Source: an uncultured bacterium
Lineage (GTDB): Bacteria > T1Sed10-126
Direction of reading: 5' to 3'
Assembly (NCBI GenBank): GCA_964566495.1
Contig: CAZMIT010000025.1
Span: forward strand, 1 to 18,988
DNA length: 18,988 nucleotides
In this document: positions 15,685-18,988 of the stretch, in pieces
How the letters are laid out: each line of letters begins with the position of its first letter
Numbering within the stretch: the stretch's first letter is position 1
The notes under the pieces: model-generated
What the model was told of the DNA's origin: nothing
Database searches by the model: none
Seen by the model: only the letters and a program-made list of their open reading frames with translations
Program-made: the position numbers and the translations under genes

Positions 15685-18086
15685 AACCCGGTGCCAATTG
15701 TGAAATCAACCCTGGACTCCCCGGCGTCGCCAGCCCCCGGGTAAGTGTCGTCGAGCCGTTGACCCCAGCTAAAAATCATGGGACCGATCGGAGATTGAAT
15801 CCTAAAGCCAGTCCCATAAGAACGTTTTAAACCCGAGGTAGAGAAGTCCCACGAATCCGCAAAAACGTTACCGGCGTCAGCAAAAATGAATAGCTGCATA
15901 GTATTTTCAATCATTACCGAGCGCAGCTCCAGATTGGTAAAGAAGGCCGAGTTACCACCACGGTCTCTTTCTCCATTATCATAAATCATAATATCCCGAA
16001 AACCGTAAGCCCGGACATCGCGGAAGCCCCCCAGTCGGTAACGCTCAAAGCTGGGGATGGGATTGTCGTCCTCATCTTTCCAGGAGTCGAGAGTCCGGTA
16101 GTTAGTCCGAACTGCCCAGAAGGTCGGGCCAACGAAGGGGATATAGTGCCGGTAGTCAAGCTCGGGCTCGTAAAAGTTAGAATTACCTCCAATATATTCT
16201 GCTGACAACAGCGTTGAGCCACGCAGGTAATAACCCTCAGTAGGGAAGCGACGGACGTCGCGACGATCACGCTGCAGACCAACTTTTATCGAACTAATCT
16301 GTCTTTTAAACTCCGAATCGCCGGCCGCTTCGTCCTTAAAGTCGCGCGGTATATCCTCCGCATCCACCTCGTCGAGATCGCGAACCTCAACGCTGCGGAA
16401 GGAATACTCGGCATCAAGTTGATTGGAAAGCGCCGGCCCAAACTCACGACCAACCCGCAGAGAACCACCACGATCAAAACGGTCATATCCTTCGTCACGC
16501 CGGTAAACCTGCTGGAAACCGGTGAAACCAAAAGAAATCGGAATCATTGGCGGCGGTTGATCGGCGCCGACGTTGTCGTTTATCCAGGGGTCGCGCCAGG
16601 AGAGCCGGTAGCTGTCCTCACGCTGTCCCATGTTCATTGAAGCCTCGAGACTCTCGCCACGGCCGGTAAACCCCTGTTCCCAGTCATAAAGGCTAAAGTT
16701 ATCTTTCTCCAGGCGTAGCTGGCCTGTAAAACCGGTAGCGCTGCTGTAGCCGCCCCCAAACTCCAGGTGACCGGTGCGACCTTCAGTTACCTGCACCCGC
16801 AGTATCTTTTTGTCCGTCTGCCGGCCGGGCAAAAGATCCATCTGCACGTCCCGGAAAAAGCCGAGGTTATACAGGCGACGACGCGAATCCCGAATCCGCT
16901 CGCCTTTAAGCAAGTCCCCCTCACGCAGACGAATCTCCCGCCGAATTACCCGTTCATAGGTCTGCTCGTTTCCATGAATTTCTATCCGTTCAACGTAAAA
17001 GGGTTGACCTTCCTGAACTCGCGCTCTTACGTTAACAACTTTGGCTTCACGATCCCGCTCAATTTGAAACTGTTGCCGATCAAGAGCCCGAGCCTCAATA
17101 TAGCCCTGGGATTGGTAGTAGTCCTCTATCGCCTGCAGCCCCTCGCGCAGACGGTCTTCCCGGTAAACATCTCCAGAAGACAATGGTATCTTTTCCTTCA
17201 ACTGTTCGTCGTCAAAAACCTCATTATCAAAAATTTCTATTTCACCAAACGAATAGACGGGGCCTTCGCGCATATAGAACAAAACGTCATACCCTTCTTC
17301 CCGCTGATTATAAAAAATACGCGGTTCTATTTGAACATCCATATAACCGCGATTATGATACCAGTTTCGTATTGCCTCCATTCCCATTTGAATGTGCTGG
17401 GGCGAATAGGGCATTCCCTCGCGCAGAGGATTCTGCCAGCCGATTCCCCAGACCCGATGTATGCGCTGTAGTAAATTTATTTCTTCAAAATCAAAATGAA
17501 CGCTGGTGATGAGTCGCTGCTGCCCTTCGTCAATGATAAACTGGACATTGACAATCCCCTCGGCCTCCTGAACAGCAACCTCCACCTCAGCCCTATCAAA
17601 CCCCTGCATACGCAAATATTGACTGAGTTCACGGCGGGCGGAATAAATTTCATGCTCACTGGCTGGTTCACCCGGCTGCAGCAGTAGAACTCCCTCAAGC
17701 TCCTCATCGGTGACATCAATATTTCCCTCGAAATTGATTTCCCCCAGACGAGGGTTCTCATAGAGTTCAAAGATTAATCGACCGTTTCGAAGCCGGGTGA
17801 CTGCGTCGGCAAAAAGTCCTTCAGCAACAAGAGCGCTAACTGCTTCGTCAGCCCGGGCCTCAAGCTCCCGTACCGTGTAGGTGTCTCCCTCGACCAGACC
17901 GCTGGCTTCCACAAGTACTTCTACATTCTGATCCCGCCAGAGCTCAAGCCCTCTTAATTCTATTTCTTCAAGATAAATTTCTTCGTGAGGATCGTAGGTG
18001 CCAGCCTCGACGCAGACTGCCCCGGGGAACAGAAGAACAGAAATTAAAAATATAATCCAGGAAAAGTTCTTTATATTTATACCCAT
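15681..18086 (-). CDS. bamA: Outer membrane protein assembly factor BamA
   Basis: Signal peptide, POTRA repeats (GNEQTYERVIRREI, RRLYNLGFF), barrel start GHLEFGGGYS, GTGFRIQSPIGPM, C-terminal FTIGTGF; bamA-skp-lpxD synteny. Confidence 0.96.
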   Translation of the reverse strand: MGINIKNFSWIIFLISVLLFPGAVCVEAGTYDPHEEIYLEEIELRGLELWRDQNVEVLVEASGLVEGDTYTVRELEARADEAVSALVAEGLFADAVTRLRNGRLIFELYENPRLGEINFEGNIDVTDEELEGVLLLQPGEPASEHEIYSARRELSQYLRMQGFDRAEVEVAVQEAEGIVNVQFIIDEGQQRLITSVHFDFEEINLLQRIHRVWGIGWQNPLREGMPYSPQHIQMGMEAIRNWYHNRGYMDVQIEPRIFYNQREEGYDVLFYMREGPVYSFGEIEIFDNEVFDDEQLKEKIPLSSGDVYREDRLREGLQAIEDYYQSQGYIEARALDRQQFQIERDREAKVVNVRARVQEGQPFYVERIEIHGNEQTYERVIRREIRLREGDLLKGERIRDSRRRLYNLGFFRDVQMDLLPGRQTDKKILRVQVTEGRTGHLEFGGGYSSATGFTGQLRLEKDNFSLYDWEQGFTGRGESLEASMNMGQREDSYRLSWRDPWINDNVGADQPPPMIPISFGFTGFQQVYRRDEGYDRFDRGGSLRVGREFGPALSNQLDAEYSFRSVEVRDLDEVDAEDIPRDFKDEAAGDSEFKRQISSIKVGLQRDRRDVRRFPTEGYYLRGSTLLSAEYIGGNSNFYEPELDYRHYIPFVGPTFWAVRTNYRTLDSWKDEDDNPIPSFERYRLGGFRDVRAYGFRDIMIYDNGERDRGGNSAFFTNLELRSVMIENTMQLFIFADAGNVFADSWDFSTSGLKRSYGTGFRIQSPIGPMIFSWGQRLDDTYPGAGDAGESRVDFTIGTGF

Positions 18087-18093
18087 AGCCTAT

Positions 18094-18122
18094 ATGATAC
18101 CAAAATTTGCCCTGCGGTTCAA
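18094..18122 (-). promoter_or_regulatory. Sigma70-type promoter immediately upstream of bamA
   Basis: TTGAAC (18122-18117)-N17-TATCAT (18099-18094), with TG extended -10. Confidence 0.6.
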
Positions 18123-18244
18123 CTGATGGTGAAGTTGCCGCTGTAGAGACATGGGAAGATTCTCGTGGGGCTGCAAATTAATGAAAAACTTACTAAACGC
18201 GAAAGTTCGGCAAAGTCATACCGGTTGAATTGGCAGCCGGAGTA

Positions 18245-18988
18245 TTACTGCTCAAGAAGATTTAACGTGCCGGGGCCGGCTCCGTAGGAATAACTTTCCG
18301 CGATTGCGGTGGTCTGTTGCTGCTTTGCCTGCTGCAGGGCCTCGTCCATATCCAGGCCGCGGGCAAGGAAAGCGGTAATAAAAGAGCTGAGCGCACAGCC
18401 GGAACCGTGCGTGTTGGCTGTCTGGATTCGTGGTGCGGCTATTTTTTTAACCTCGTCGGTCTGTTTGTCAAATAACAAATCAGTCGCCTGTTCACCGCTC
18501 CGATGCCCTCCCTTTATCAATATGGCCGGTCCTGATAGGGAGCGGACCATTTTTCGTCCCAGCGTCTCAACATCCAGCTCTAAAGAGAGCCCCAGACGGC
18601 GGGCAATTACCTCGGCCTCCGGCCAGTTTGGAGTAACAAGAGTGGCCCGGGGGAGCAACTTCTCCACAAGCATCTCTTCGGCCTCTTTCTGCAGAAGCGA
18701 GTCTCCACTTTCAGCGACCATCACGGGGTCGACAACAAGATTAGGTAATTCAAGGGCTCGCCGGGCCACCAGCTCTATTATTTCGGCGCCAAAGAGCATG
18801 CCGGTTTTGACCGCCTTAAGCGAGACGTCCGAGAGCACGGAAGCAAGCTGTTTTTCCACAAACTCCACACCGACAGGTTGTATCCCCTGCACACCACGGG
18901 TATTTTGAGCGGTTAAAGCTGTTATGACAGTGCAGGCGTGAACACCAATTCGAGCCATTGCCTTTAAATCTGCCTGTATCCCGGCGCC
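18245..18988 (-). CDS. thiD: Hydroxymethylpyrimidine/phosphomethylpyrimidine kinase (5' end outside the window)
   Basis: Frame is open to the window edge: GAGIQADLK, TALTAQNTRGV, KTGML, VVDPVM, TPN.PEA, IKGGH, NTHGSGCALS. Confidence 0.96.
   Translation of the reverse strand, partial: GAGIQADLKAMARIGVHACTVITALTAQNTRGVQGIQPVGVEFVEKQLASVLSDVSLKAVKTGMLFGAEIIELVARRALELPNLVVDPVMVAESGDSLLQKEAEEMLVEKLLPRATLVTPNWPEAEVIARRLGLSLELDVETLGRKMVRSLSGPAILIKGGHRSGEQATDLLFDKQTDEVKKIAAPRIQTANTHGSGCALSSFITAFLARGLDMDEALQQAKQQQTTAIAESYSYGAGPGTLNLLEQ

Noticed and set aside
18180..18210. SigmaE-type promoter (GAACTT) upstream of bamA
   Set aside because: A -35-like GAACTT is present on the minus strand, but there is no TCAAA/TCTGA-type -10 at 16-17 nt spacing.
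13631..18908. Long plus-strand ORFs (13631-14230, 14549-15058, 16767-17471, 18309-18908)
   Set aside because: All lie antisense to well-supported genes (lpxD, skp, bamA, thiD) and show no family motifs.

Overview
Housekeeping region of a diderm (LPS-producing) bacterium, with every real gene on the minus strand. In transcription order: thiD (5'-truncated) - bamA - skp - skp - lpxD - lpxC/fabZ fusion - lpxA - lpxI - HAD hydrolase - Jag_N/FapA (DUF342) - [nested palindromic element] - S41 protease ctpA - divergent polysaccharide deacetylase - [146-bp MITE] - split transketolase N and C subunits - ccmA/ccmB/ccmC-like triad - uvrA (3'-truncated, missing from the ORF track). The most unusual item is the CcmABC-like triad: all three frames are intact, but the ABC subunit has lost Walker A, signature, Walker B and H-loop residues, and the CcmC-like protein lacks the WWD motif and one heme-ligand His. 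Other observations: a MITE with 20-bp terminal inverted repeats and a 6-bp target duplication, an 84-bp strand-specific structured insert inside a REP-like repeat, an N-terminal duplication in CtpA, a possibly leaderless bamA transcript, and a vestigial RBS inside the lpxC-fabZ fusion. All calls come from reading motifs by eye; no searches were run.
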